The notes below the pieces were generated by a model. That model saw nothing but the letters and a program-made list of their open reading frames with translations. It did no database searches and had not been told where the DNA came from. Made by a program: the position numbers and the translations under genes. Shown in pieces: positions 38,840 to 51,250 of a DNA stretch of 64,000 nucleotides (position 1 is its first letter; the number at the start of each line of letters is the position of its first letter). The stretch is from Chiloscyllium plagiosum (taxonomy: Eukaryota), in contig NC_057728.1 in the NCBI RefSeq assembly GCF_004010195.1, positions 54,040,710-54,104,709 on the forward strand, written 5' to 3'.

Positions 38840-39128
38840 GGGGGAGGTGATGGCCTAGTGATATTATTGCTAGACTAGGTAACATTCTGAGTACTTCAGT
38901 TCAAATCCTTACATGGCAGATGGTGGCATTTGAATTCGACAAAAAAAGTTGGAACTAAAAATCTAATGATGACCGTGCAACTACTGCTTGAGGGGCAAAC
39001 CCATCTGATTAACTCATGTCCTTCAGGGAAGGAAATTTGCTATCCTCACCTGGTGTGGCCTAAATGTGGTTGATATTTATCTGCCCTCTGGACAATAAAT
39101 GCTTGCCTAGACAGCAATGCCCACATCA
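38840..39128 (+). mobile_element. SINE-B copy
   Basis: ggggaggtgatggcctagtg head, GTTCAAATCC box, tail gacaataaatgcttgcctagacagcaatgcccacatc. Confidence 0.8.
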
Positions 39129-39309
39129 AGTGTATACCGAACAGCGCACCACACCTAAAGTTCAAGTAATACCAGGGTCATAGTTTGAACCTGTCCACTC
39201 AAGCCAGACAGTCTTTCTGGAGACTTTAAGGAGAGATAGTCAAGCCAGATCATGGTATATGGTGAGAAAGACGAAATGAGAATGAATTATAATGTAACAC
39301 TCGGGTTTT

Positions 39310-40120
39310 TAGAACATATGAACCAGGAGCAGGAGTAGGCCATCTGCCCCTTTAAGGTTGCTCTGCCATTCAATATGATCACGGTTGATCTTTTTGTGGC
39401 CTCATCTCCATGTATCTGGCTTGTCACCACAACCCTTAATTCCTTTACTGTTCAAAAACAACTATCTTAGCTTTAAAAACATTTACTGAGGAAGTCTCAA
39501 CCACTTCACTTGGCAGGGAATTCTATAGATTCAAAATCCTCTGGGTGAAGAAGTTCCTTCTCAATTCAGTCCTAAATCTGCTGTCCCTAATTTGGAGGCT
39601 ATGCCCTCTTGTCTTAGTTTCACCCGCCAGTGGAAACATCCTCTCTGCTTTTATCCTAGCTATTCCCTTCATAATTTTATATGTTTCTATAAGATTTCCC
39701 CTCATTCTTTGAAATTCTGATGATTATAATCCCAATTTACTCAGTCTCTCCTCATAAACCAATTCCCTCAACTCTGGAATCAACCTAGTGAACCTCCTCT
39801 GCTCCCCCTCCAGTGCCAGTACATCCTTTCTCCAGTAAAGAGGCCAAAACTGCACACAGTACTCCAGAGTGGCCTCACCAGCACCCTGTACAGCTGCAAC
39901 GTAACCTCTCTGCTTTTAAATTCAATCCCTATAGCAATTAAGGACAAAATTCCATTTGCCTTCCTAATTACTTGTTGTACCTGCAGACCAACCTTCTGTG
40001 ATTCATGCACAAGGACACCCAGGTGCCTCTGTATAGCAGCTTGCTGCAATTTCTTACCATTCAAGTAATAGTGCTTTTTACTGTTATTCCTGCCAAAATA
40101 CATGACTTGACATTTACCAT
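39310..40120 (-). mobile_element. CR1 LINE 3' portion
   Basis: ORFs 39780..40103 (FGRNN..YYLNG..LQLYRVLVRP) and 39523..39705 (RGNLIETYKIMKG..RRNFFTQR). More decayed CR1 continues at 40215-41030(-). Confidence 0.88.
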
Positions 40121-43100
40121 GTTCTTACATTCTGGAGCTGTGCTACTACAAAAATATACTTTGTGATCTTATTACTATTTGATGTTTTAGTGAATGGTTT
40201 ACTAATTCCATAATACACAAAAGCAGAAGTAAGCTATTCGGACCATCAAGTCTGCTTTGCCATTCAATGAGATCATGGCTGATTTGACAATCCTCAACTC
40301 CATCCTCATGATTCTTTTTCCCCACAAACCCCTGATTCCCTTACTAATTGAAAATTTGCCTTTCTCAGCCTTGTATATACTTAACAATCCAGCCTCAATA
40401 GTCCTCTGCACAGATTCACTACCCTCAGAGAAAATAAATTCTCCTCATCTCTGTATTAAATCACAACCCTTTACCCTGAGACTTTGAGCTCTCTGGTCCT
40501 ATACACTCCCACAAGGGAAAACAACCTCTCCGTATCAAACATATCAAGTCCTCTATGTTTCAATAAAGTAGCCTATCATTCTCCTAAACTACAAGGAGTA
40601 TAACCCAAATTTCTCAATCTCTCCTCATAAGAAATCCATCCATACCTGTGTTCACCAGTGCACAATATAGTAATAAAGCTCAGACTTGCAGTCATAAAGA
40701 AATATGTCATCATCATAAATAAAGTCATCATTAATCAAAATAACTAGCAAGCACACTTAACCTAAACTAGGAGGCAGAACCTTGTTGTTTCCATATGTGC
40801 CCAGTGAACATTCTCCAGACTGCCTCCGGTGCTGTATCGTTCCTTCAATAAAGGACCAAAACTGTTCACAATTATATTGGTGCAATCTTACTCATGCCTT
40901 GTATAGTTTTAGTAAAACTTCCCTATTTTTATGCTCCAGTCCCTTTGAAATAAAGGCCAACATTCAATTTGCTTTTCTGTTGTCTGCTGAATGTGTTGAG
41001 CAGCTTTTTGTGATTTGTCCCTCTATGAGCAATAAAGCTTAGGTCAAAGCCAAGAGTAGCATTATTTCACATCTCCTCAGGCTATGTGATTAAACCACAA
41101 GCTGAAATAGGCAATAGACAGCCCACTTTTCACAAACCACAAATCTATCTGGCCAAATGAAGACAATCTCTGGAAAACAATGATCCAGACTTCACCTCCA
41201 AGAGCTAACCAAAAGACAAAAATAGCTGGAGTGAATATATGCTGAAAAAACAAAACAGGTTCTGCCTCCTTGTTTAGGTTAAGCTTGCTTAAGAGTCCAT
41301 TTATGACGTAGGTCTGAAATTTACTGCTATATTCTACACTGGGGCACATCTAAAGTGAGCCAGCAACCTGACATCAATCTTGTCTCTCAGGCATCAGCAT
41401 CCATTCTGTATTTCTAAAGGATCTCCACCTTTGAACATTTTCCGCTCTGCTTTTCTCAACACTGATCCAGTTAAAATTCATGAAGTCCAAAAATTTAATA
41501 TTCCCAATAAGACTAAAAGAAGCATGTTTTATAAAATTGTAATTTACTCTTGGAATGTAGATGTGGCATCTTTTGTTGCTCTGATAAAGTAGTGATATCG
41601 CAAGGCCTCTTTGAAGGCTGGTTAAAAGTCAAGCATGACGTGCTGGGATTGGAGTCACGTATAGGTCAGTTCTGGTAAAGATTAGAGATTTCCTTCCCTG
41701 CTGCACAGGGGCTGTGGAGGAAAGAAAATGAGAGGAAATGCTGTTCCCACAATCAGTTACCTGAGGATGATGTAGATCCGCCCAGATGAGGACTTAATAT
41801 GAAGTAATGTGCAATTCTTGGGGAAGTCTCAGGATGAGGCATTTCATTACCTGAATTTGGAAATTTAAGAAACCGTGACCTTAGAAGTCTTGATGTGTAA
41901 AGCCAAACCCTTGCAGAGCATCTGTGTCACACACGGATCCTGCCAACAAATTCCAGACAGGTATGACAGGTGACAGCAGAGTTAAATGTCACCTTTGGTG
42001 TGGATTCTTTGAAGCAAAATGTATCCTTGAATGATTGGCAGCTCCAGGAACATCTTCCCATATCTCACAGAAAACAAAGAGCTCCCTGAAACATGACAAA
42101 TTGGTTTGTTTAAAGAATATTATTTCATGGAGTGTGCACATTGCTGCCTTGGCCTGCATTTGTTACCCATCTTTAATTGCCCTTGAGAAGGTGGTGGTGA
42201 GCTACCTTCCTGAACTACTGTAATCTATCAATCAGTGCTGTTGACTCTGACCTGGTCTCTGGACAATTAGAGATTCGGGAAGGTGGTAGAGAGTAATGAT
42301 GTCAGTAGACTGGAAATCCAGAACTCCAGGCAAATGCTAGGGGACATAAAATCAAATTCCATAATTTGAAATTTGAATTCTATAAAAATCAGCAATAAAA
42401 ACTTAACCTAGTGATGACCATGTAATTATTGATCATTGTGGCAACGCGTCAGATTCATTAATGCCCGTTTTAGAAAGGAGGTCTACCATCTTTACCTGAC
42501 CTACATGTAACTCCAGATCCACAGCAATGTTGCTGATGTTTAACCACCCTCTGGGCAATTCGGGATGGGCAATGACTACTATCTCCACCAACGATACCCA
42601 CTCCCCAAAAACAAAATGGTATATACATGTTGAGTGCCAATAGGGAGGACATATTTTGACCTGCTAACAGTGCAGGAATGGTGATATATTTCCAAGTCAG
42701 AATAGTGCGTGGCTTAGAGGGGAGCTTGTAATTGGCGTTCCCAAACATCTGTTGCCCTTGTCCTTTGAGGTGGGTTTGGAAAGAGTCACCAAATAATCTT
42801 GTGAATTATATGTGGGGTTTGATTTCCTGTGGTATTGGCTGTGAGCTCACTTTGTTCACTTACCCCATGTTTCTCCATCTCTTGGTCCTCTCACAAGTAA
42901 ATGAAATCTATTTCTGGAATAACATTTTACAGGCTTTCCCTTCTCTCAAAGAAATTCCCCAAAGATGAAACACTCAACAGGGAGTTCCCAATCAAGTTAA
43001 AAGCTTTCATTGCAAAGAGTCAAAATGAAATTGACAAAAGGCCAAATAAAAGCAAAGTTCTCATCACAGAATGAATCACCAGTATTGATCACAAATACCT

Positions 43101-43439
43101 CAACATTAGGCTTCCTGCCTAGCTTCTGTTTTAAATTCCTTCTGTTTTATAATTACCCCAGGGATTAAAGAGAAAATAAAGATTTTATGCTTATATAGCA
43201 CTTTTTATAATCTCAAAGTGTCCCAAAAGTGCTTTATATCCAAGAAGCAGTCTCAGAGTTTAATCATTAATATAATGTAGAAAATACAGTAGTCAATTTG
43301 TACACAAAGTACCACAAACAACAATGTGATACCAACTCACTAATCTACATGTGTTCCCTTTTAAGCAAGGTCTCAAATCTTAAAATTATCATCTATGTTT
43401 GCAAAGCACTCTGTGGTCTTAACCCTATCTCCTAACAAG

Positions 43440-45368
43440 CAATGTGGATAAAAGGGATTCTGTAGTTAGATTTTCAGAAGACATTTGAAATCGTGCTATG
43501 TTAAAGGGTACTCCACAAATAAGAGCTCAGGGTGGAGGCTGTAATGTAATAGCCTGGGTGGAGGCGGGGTAAGGGCAATTGGTTAGTTAACAGAAGACAG
43601 AAAATAGGCATAAATGCTTTGAGGACATGAAATCAAATTCCACTATGGCAAATACTGAAATTTGAATTCAATAAAAATCAGCAATAAAAATCCAACCTAT
43701 TGATGATCATGTGACCATTAATCATGTACAAATGCATCAGGTTCATTAATGTCACTTCTGGAAAGGAAATCTGCCATCTCTACCTAGTCTGACCTGCATA
43801 TAATTTCAGATGCACAGCCATGTGGTTGACTCTTAGCTGCCCTCTGGGCAATGAGGGATGGGCATTAACACATTAAAATTGTTCCTGCCAACAATGCCTA
43901 CATCATTTTAGATTGGCACTTCGCAATGATTGGAGTGGCACAGGGACCAGTCCTGGGCCTCAGGTATGTCTAATTTATTATCAATGACTTGGAAGAAGGA
44001 ACCAAAGAATGATTTCTAAATTTGTTGATGATACAAATGTAAGTAGGAAAGTAAATTGTCAAGGGAATGTAGGGGGTCAGCGAGTGAGTGGGCCAGTGAG
44101 TGGGCACCAAATCGGGCAGATGGAATATAATGTAGGAAAATGTGAACTTGATCACTTTGACAGGAAATGTTTGTAAAGCAACATATTATTTAAACACAGA
44201 GAGAGAAAATGCAGAGCCGTGAGACTAAACCTTGATTTACAATGTTCAGCTTTGAGGCAAATGGCCCAAGGGGTATTATGGCTTCCTGCCCCTTGGTGTG
44301 ACATGGTTGAAAGGCCTTAGACAGCAACCTATATCCATTGTGACTCTGCAGCAGCTGCCCCAGGCTTTAGTGCGTCCCTCAGCTCATAGCCCTGGACCTT
44401 GGAATGTGCCAGTCTGCAACACTCAGTTTCGGACAGTTCCTTGCTCTGAAAACCAGCAAATCTCAAATAGATCAAACAGTATCATTTATCGAGTTGATTG
44501 CCTTCTATTCAGAGTTGATATTTTTCTTGGTGTGCAGCACTGTGACCAGCTAGAGTATCAAGAATTGTAACAACGCATCTCACACCTGCTGTAGGATGTA
44601 TTTGTTAAATAGGAAGTTTGTAACAATATTACATGTTGAATTTTCTTACAAGTCCTCCAAGATCCAAACTGAAATTATACGAATAAAGTATATATTTTTG
44701 AAAAAAAAATTCTGAGGTACAGTGGGATCTGGGTGTCCTATTAGTATACAGGTGCAGCAAGCGATTAGGAAGGCAAATGAAATTTATCGTTTATTGCAAG
44801 GTTATATAAGCAGTAAACATGTTTTGTTACAATTATACAGGCTGTTGGTGAGACCAGATCTGGAGCCCTGTGTATAGATTTATTCTTCTTATTTAAGAAA
44901 GGAGGTAATTGCATTAGAAGCAGTTCAGAGAAGGTTCACTCAGCTGGGATTGATGGGGAGGGTTACTTATGAGGAAAGGTTGGCAGGTTCAGCATGTAAC
45001 CTTTAAAGAACTTTAGAAGAATGAGGTATGATTGTATTGAAATGTATTGAAATTGATTGTATTAATAAGCTCCTGAATGGATTTGTGAGGGTGAATTCTG
45101 AAATCATATTTTTCCTTATCCAAGAGGATAAAATTAGGGGAGATCAGTTAAAATTAAGGGATCTTCAATTTTAGACAGACATGAGGAGAATTGTTTTTCT
45201 CTACGAGGATAATGAGCACTTGGAATTTTCTTCCCCAGAGAATACTTTTAAGGTAAAGGTGGATAGTGCTTGACTAAAAAGTGAATCAACGATTGTCAGG
45301 GGTAGGCAGGAATGTGAAGTTGAGGCCACCAATAAGCTCATGGCTGATATGTTTAATAATGGAGCAGG
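43440..45368 (+). mobile_element. Old fragmented CR1 RT-to-3' remnant with nested insertions
   Basis: Patchy CR1 RT motifs (ttagattttcagaagacatttga; ggagtggcacagggaccagtcctggg; aaatttgttgatgatacaaa; ttggtgagaccagatctggag). The tail resumes at 45862-45910. Confidence 0.6.
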
Positions 45369-45861
45369 AAACTGGCCATCAACAGGTCCAGGCAGCGGGG
45401 TGTGGAGGGGGTCGTTAGGGCCGACTGCCTGCCCCTCTTCCGCGGTTATGTTAGGGCCTGGGTGTCCTTGGAGAAGGAGCACGCGGTGTCCACCAACACC
45501 CTGGAGTTGTTCAGGGGGAGGTGGGCGCCGCAGGGAGTGGAGTGCATTATTTCTCCCTCCAACTCTATTTTGATTTAGTCCCTGCCCTCCCCTTCACTGT
45601 TTTGATCACACAGCACTGCCCTTTGATGTGAAGGGCAGTGTTTGTCACTGGCCACTCGGGTGTTTTCCTATCTTCCTGGTGGTGGAAATTGAATAAAGAT
45701 TCGTGCACTTTGTGTCTTTCACTGTGTCTCACACCTGCACACACACCATGGATGCTGGGGAAAAAATAAGCACTACCGCACTTAGGTGGTAGTGTGGGAA
45801 AAAAAAGAAAACAAAAAAAACAAACAAGAGTGTATGATCACACAGCATTGCCCAAAAAAGA
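45369..45861 (+). mobile_element. Young 5'-truncated Tx1/L1-clade LINE
   Basis: Open frame 45369-45578 KLAINRSRQRGVEGVVRADCLPLFRGYVRAWVSLEKEHAVSTNTLELFRGRWAPQGVECIISPSNSILI*, CpG-rich, AATAAA, A-rich tail; perfect 14-bp TSD aataatggagcagg (45355-45368, 45862-45875). Confidence 0.8.
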
Positions 45862-45912
45862 AATAATGGAGCAGGCTTGAGGGGCCAAATGGCCTATTCC
45901 TGTTTCTGATTT

Positions 45913-46109
45913 CATAGAATCCCTACAGTTTGAAAGCAGATTATTTGGCCCATTGATTCCACACTGACCCTCCAAAGGGCATCCCAACCAGACCCACCCT
46001 ATCCCTCTAACCTTGCATTTCTCATGGCTAATCCATCTAACCTGCACATCACTGGACACTATGGGCCATTTAGCATGGCCAAACCATCTAACCTGTACAT
46101 CTTTGGACT
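45913..46109 (-). mobile_element. HE1-type SINE, 3' half
   Basis: Matches the 3' half of the other HE1 copies; head absent. Confidence 0.8.
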
Positions 46110-46784
46110 TTATATTTTCATGTGTAATCTTCTTCATTTCTACTTCTAGTCATCCAATTCTGACTTTTTGAGTATCCCCAATTTTAATTACTCTATCCGT
46201 AACAGCTTAAATTCCCTCCCCAAATCTCTCCAGCTCACACCCTCTCTTTCCTCTTTAAAATGTTTGTTGAAAGTGTAACCAAAACCTTGGTCATCTGCCT
46301 TCATTTCTCCTTAGGTGGCTTATCAAATTATGTTTGATAACACCAGCCAATACCTATGTGACATTTTATTACATTAGAAGTGCTACATAAATACAAGTTG
46401 TTGTTGAATGACAGCAACACTGTTGGAAGTGTTGTCTTTCCAGACAAGGTGTTAACTCTGTGCTATCTGTCTGTACAGGTGAACCTGAAAACTCCCCTGG
46501 TATCATTGATTGATAGTATAGTATTTTCCCTGTGTTCCAGTACAGAATTTGAGTATTGTTGAAAAAAGAGACATGTTGTTGAAATCTTTCTTAATGCATT
46601 CATCAATACAGATGCAAGAAAACCAAATGTCAAAAAGAACAACAACTTGCACTGAATGTTTTCCTTTCAAATTCAGTATTGCTACATCTGTCCTGATGGG
46701 AGCAAGACAAAAAGCTATGGTAACATGTATTTCAGCAATGCAGAATCATTTTCTGTCCAACATTTATCCCCTACCTAATTATTT

Positions 46785-48140
46785 TTATTATTCATTTGAG
46801 GGATGTGGGTGTCACTGGCTGGGTCAGCATTTATTGCCTGTCCCTAGTTGCCCTTGAGAAGCTGATGATGAGTTGCCTTCTTGAAGTGCTGTAGTCCACC
46901 TGCTATGGGATGACTCACAATGCCCTTAGGGACAGAATTCCAGGATTTTGACCTGGCAACAGTGAAGAAATGGTGATACATTTCCAAATCAGAATGGTGA
47001 GTGGCTTGGAGGGGAACTAGAAGGTGGTGGCCTAGCCATATATCTGCTACTGTTGCCCTTCTAAATGCAAGTGGTTTGGGTTTGAAAGGTGCTGTCTAAG
47101 GAACTTTGGTGAATTTCTGCAGTGCATCTTGTAGATGTTACACATTGCTGCTACTGAGCGTCAGTGGTGGGGGGAGCGGATGCTTGTGGATGTAGTGCCA
47201 ATCAGGCCAGCTGCTTTGTCAGTGACTGCTCAGTGACACCCAGTTGGGGATTCCCCAGGGCCACTCATCTCCTGACCTCATTACAGCAAAAGAGCTGAAT
47301 TTGAAAAGTGAGGTAAGAGTGACAGTTTTTCACATCAAGGCTGTATTCAACCAAGTGTAGCATCAAGGAGCCCAAGCAAACCTGGAATTAATGGGTATCA
47401 GGGGGAAAATGCTCTGCTGATTGAAATCATACCTGACACATGGGAAGATGGTCATGGTGTTGGAGGTCAGTCATCTCAGCTCCAGGACATTTCTGCAGGA
47501 GTTGCTCAGGGTAATGTTTTAGGCCCAACCATCTTCAACTACTTCATCAGTAACCTTTCCTCCATCATAAGATCGACGAATGCACAATGTTCAACACCAT
47601 TTGTGACTCCTCAGATACTGAAGCAGTCCATGTTCAAAGGCAACAGGATTTGGAATATCCAGGCTTGGGCTGACAAGTGGCGGGTCACATTCGTGCCACA
47701 CAAATGCCAGGCTTTGACATCTCCAGTGAGAGACAATCTAACCATCACCCCTTGACATTCAATGGTGTTACCATCACTGAATTCCCAACTATCAACATTC
47801 TGGGACTTATCTCTGACCAGAAACTCAACTGGACTCACCACATAAATGCAGTGGCCCTACAACAGCAGGTCAGAGGCCAGGAATACTGCAGCAAGTAACT
47901 CACCTCCTGACTCCCCAAAGCCTGTCCACCATCTACAAGACACAAATCAGAAGTGTGATAGAATATTCCCTACTTGCCTAGATGAGGGCATGTCTAACAA
48001 CACTCAAGAAACTTGACAGCACCCAGGACAAAACAATCTGCTTGATTGGCACTACTACCACAAGCATCCACTCCCTCTACCACCAATGCTCAGTGGCAGC
48101 AGTGTGTACCGTCTACAAGATATACTGCAGAAATTCACCT
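46785..48140. mobile_element. LINE-B with inverted 5' segment
   Basis: 46785-47220 is the LINE-B 3' end on minus; 47225-48140 is the upstream RT region on plus (compare 27690-28920). Confidence 0.8.
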
Positions 48141-48342
48141 TAACTAATAAAGTCGACAAGACAAGTTATTTAGTCATATGCATTGTATGTGGAGCTTTGC
48201 CTACATAACAGTGACTATACATCAAAAGTAATCCAATTGTTGTGATATGCTTTTGCAATGCCCTTAGGAAGTGACACAAAAAACTGTAAGAGTGAACTCT
48301 ATCCCTAAACAATTAACTGGTAGAACAAACAATGACGCTGCT

Positions 48343-48506
48343 GAAAGAAAATGAAGTGCTGGAAATCAGAAACAAAAACAGAAATTGATGGAAATTTCAG
48401 CATTCATTCTGAGGAAGGGTCATTGGACCCAAAATTTTAACTGATTTCTCTCCACAGATGCTGGCAGACCTACTGATCCTTTCCAGTAATTTCTATTTTG
48501 ATGTAG
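48343..48506. mobile_element. Fold-back PLE terminal-repeat insertion
   Basis: Minus-strand 3' flank joined to ctgaggaagggtcattggaccc.aaa and a plus-strand flank; imperfect 11-bp TSD atgac(g/t)ctgct (48332-48342, 48507-48517). Confidence 0.7.
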
Positions 48507-49457
48507 ATGACTCTGCTTTCTTGCTTTCAACCTGACCTTGTTCTCAACTGGTAATCTCATGACGGAAGACAGTTTCCATTTCAACCCTAATTAGTTCAGG
48601 TTATTCACATCTCCTTCTACATAGTTAAAGCTTTATAAAGACAAATTATAACAATACATTTCTCATAATTTGAAGTAGGATTGGATGCAGCTATTGTCTC
48701 AAGCTCAGTTTGCAATCAAATAATGGAATAAAACATCTATCAATGTTTTATACAATAACATAAATAATGCTTTCCTCTCTCCCTTATTAATTGTTGTTCA
48801 TCCATACTATCTGCCAGTTTTAGTATTGAATTCTCCATTTCTTCTCTCACCTGTACATAATTTGCATTAATTGCTTCTCTCTCACCAAAGTGTTAGTTAT
48901 TTTAAGCAAAACACCAATCAGATGTTTATTTTTGCAATATAGTCTCATAAAATTTTTATTGGGTCCTTGTGTAAGAATAACACATTCAACATAAGCCATT
49001 TGCCTATATTTTCTCCATATTCTTTGATACCTTTGTCTCATAAAAATCAAAAACCAAAAATCAATTGACCAAATAGAAATTTCCAGACTTTGACTTGAGT
49101 CAAAAATGCTTCCTGATTTCATTTATAAATGGGAAATCCAACTTTAATTTTAATCCCTTTTGCGTTGGGTTCCGTCAACAAAGAAATTGCTTTTGCTACA
49201 TTAGCCCTAACAATTCTTTTATTATTTTCAATATAATAATTTGACCACCCTCAATCTTCTGTCCTCAAGAAAATACAAGCCAAGTTGAAGCAACCTGCCT
49301 AAGAAATTAAAAGCAGATTAAATTAACTTGACTCTGATCAATGAGGGGTATATTTTCTGGTTGACGTGGATGTTATCTAAAACAAAAAGTTCTGGATATT
49401 TCAGAAGCAAACAAAAACAAACTTTGCTGGAGAAACTCAGCAGGTCAGGCAGAATCT

Positions 49458-49768
49458 CATAGAATCCTTACAGTGTGGAAACAGGCCCTTCAGCCCAACA
49501 GGCCCACATCAACCCTCCGAAGAGGAACCCACCCAGACCCATTCCCATTCCTCCTACCGTATATCTACCCCTGACTAATGTACATAATCTACACATCCCT
49601 GAACACTATAGGAAATTTAGCACAAACAATTTGCCTAACCTGCATATCTCTGGACTGTGGGAGGAAACCGGAGCACCCGGCGGAAACCCACATAGACATG
49701 GGGAGAATGTGCAAACTTCACACAGTCACCCGAGGTTGGAATTGAACCTGGGTCCCCAGTGCTGTGAG
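49458..49768 (-). mobile_element. HE1-type SINE nested in a PLE terminal-repeat remnant (about 49395-49885)
   Basis: HE1 body and B box on minus; PLE flank ...ctcagcaggtcaggcagaatc resumes as ggagagaaagcagagtt...gacccttcttca. Confidence 0.85.
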
Positions 49769-50669
49769 GAGAGAAAGCAGAGTTAATGTATGGCATCCAG
49801 TGACCCTTCTTCATAACTAGTTCCCCCAGCGATTTCTGTTTTTGTTTATTTCAGATCTTCAGCATTCTCAGTTCTTTGTTTTATCTGGGCCTTTCGGAGT
49901 TTAGCTAATAAAACAAGGAGCACAATTTGTAATGCAACACATGGTTGCATTCAATTATAATAAATGATTCATTTTAAATATGTCAAGAAATATGGATCTT
50001 TGAAAATATAACTCAGAAATAGAATCCCTATTTAATAAAGCTGACATTCCAGGCTGATGCACCCAGTGAAAACGAACTTAAATGGTTATAAAAATGCGCA
50101 AATATGTCCACCCAGCAAGTGTGATTTCACATTGGGGAAACATGGTCAGAAAATTTCCCCAGTAATGTTTAGTCATGTAGGTGCTAAACTTGGGGATGCA
50201 GAATTATTGCAAGTTTGCACTTTCAGAAATGAGTCACACCCAGCTGTATTGGAATGACTCAGACTCTATCGACACAAACCCCAACAGACTAAGTCATGCT
50301 GCAATCTTCTTTTCTGCAATGGAAAGCATATTTAGAGTAGTTTTTAATAGCTCCCATCTTTACGAGCAAATGTTTAACCATAAATCTAATGTTTATGCTC
50401 CATTACCTATCAAATTGCTATGATTTATTGGATTATACTTTGCAACCAGCATTGTTCAACCTATCAACAGCTAAATCACTTGTATTAGACACTTCTCTTT
50501 TCACACAGGCGTTAATCCAGTAGAAGTAAAAGTGTTAACAACAGCATTATAACGCATAAAGAGGGATTTAGCGCATAGTAATAGGCTTTAATACATGCAC
50601 AGAACTGATCAAAACATATTTGCTTACTTAGCCAATTAGCTTTACATCGGAAGGCACAGAGACAGGTCA

Positions 50670-50849
50670 GGAGAAAGTGAGGATGCTGGAGATTAGAGTC
50701 AAAAAGTGTGGCACTGGAAAAGGACAGCAGGTCAGGCAGTATTCGAGGAGCAGGAGAGTCAAATAAAGGGCTTATACCCAAAACGTCAACTCTCCTGCTC
50801 CTCGGGTGCTGCCTGATCTGCTGTCCTTTTCTAGTGCCACACTTTTTGA
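50670..50849. mobile_element. Fold-back PLE terminal-repeat insertion forming a 62-bp-arm hairpin
   Basis: Arms 50698-50759 and 50789-50850 are near reverse complements around a broken hammerhead (aaagggcttatacccaaaacgtc); 15-bp TSD cacaga(g/a)acaggtca (50655-50669, 50850-50864). Confidence 0.85.
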
Positions 50850-51022
50850 CACAGAAACAGGTCACTTGACACAAACAGCCCATGTTTATCCTCCCCTCAA
50901 GCTGCATCCCAGCTTTCCTCACCTAAATCTCTCTGAGTAATCCTGCATGCCCTTAGGTTTGAAGGGTTGTGGGATCAACCTGATTGCCTCAGCAACTGGT
51001 CTAGGCTAACTGAGGTGCTAAT

Positions 51023-51250
51023 TGAAATAATACTACAGTGGCCAATAGCCCATCACCAAGTTCACTCCTTATTAACATGTGGACAGTGCTAGTCACTGAT
51101 CCAGCTCCCTCAGTGCCAGCTCTCAGAGTGAGCAGAACCTCTGACACTCCTGTTTATATCTGTCAGGTGGGGCTCCATGATTGGACCATATTAATAACTC
51201 CAGTCCGGGAACTCATATTCTATGAGATCAGCCTGGCAGACCTCATTATA
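51023..51250 (-). mobile_element. Solo LTR, same family as 34653-35048
   Basis: Reverse complement tataatgaggtctgccaggctgatctcatagaatatgagttccc...ttatttca aligns by eye to the ends of 34653-35048; no clear TSD. Confidence 0.7.
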
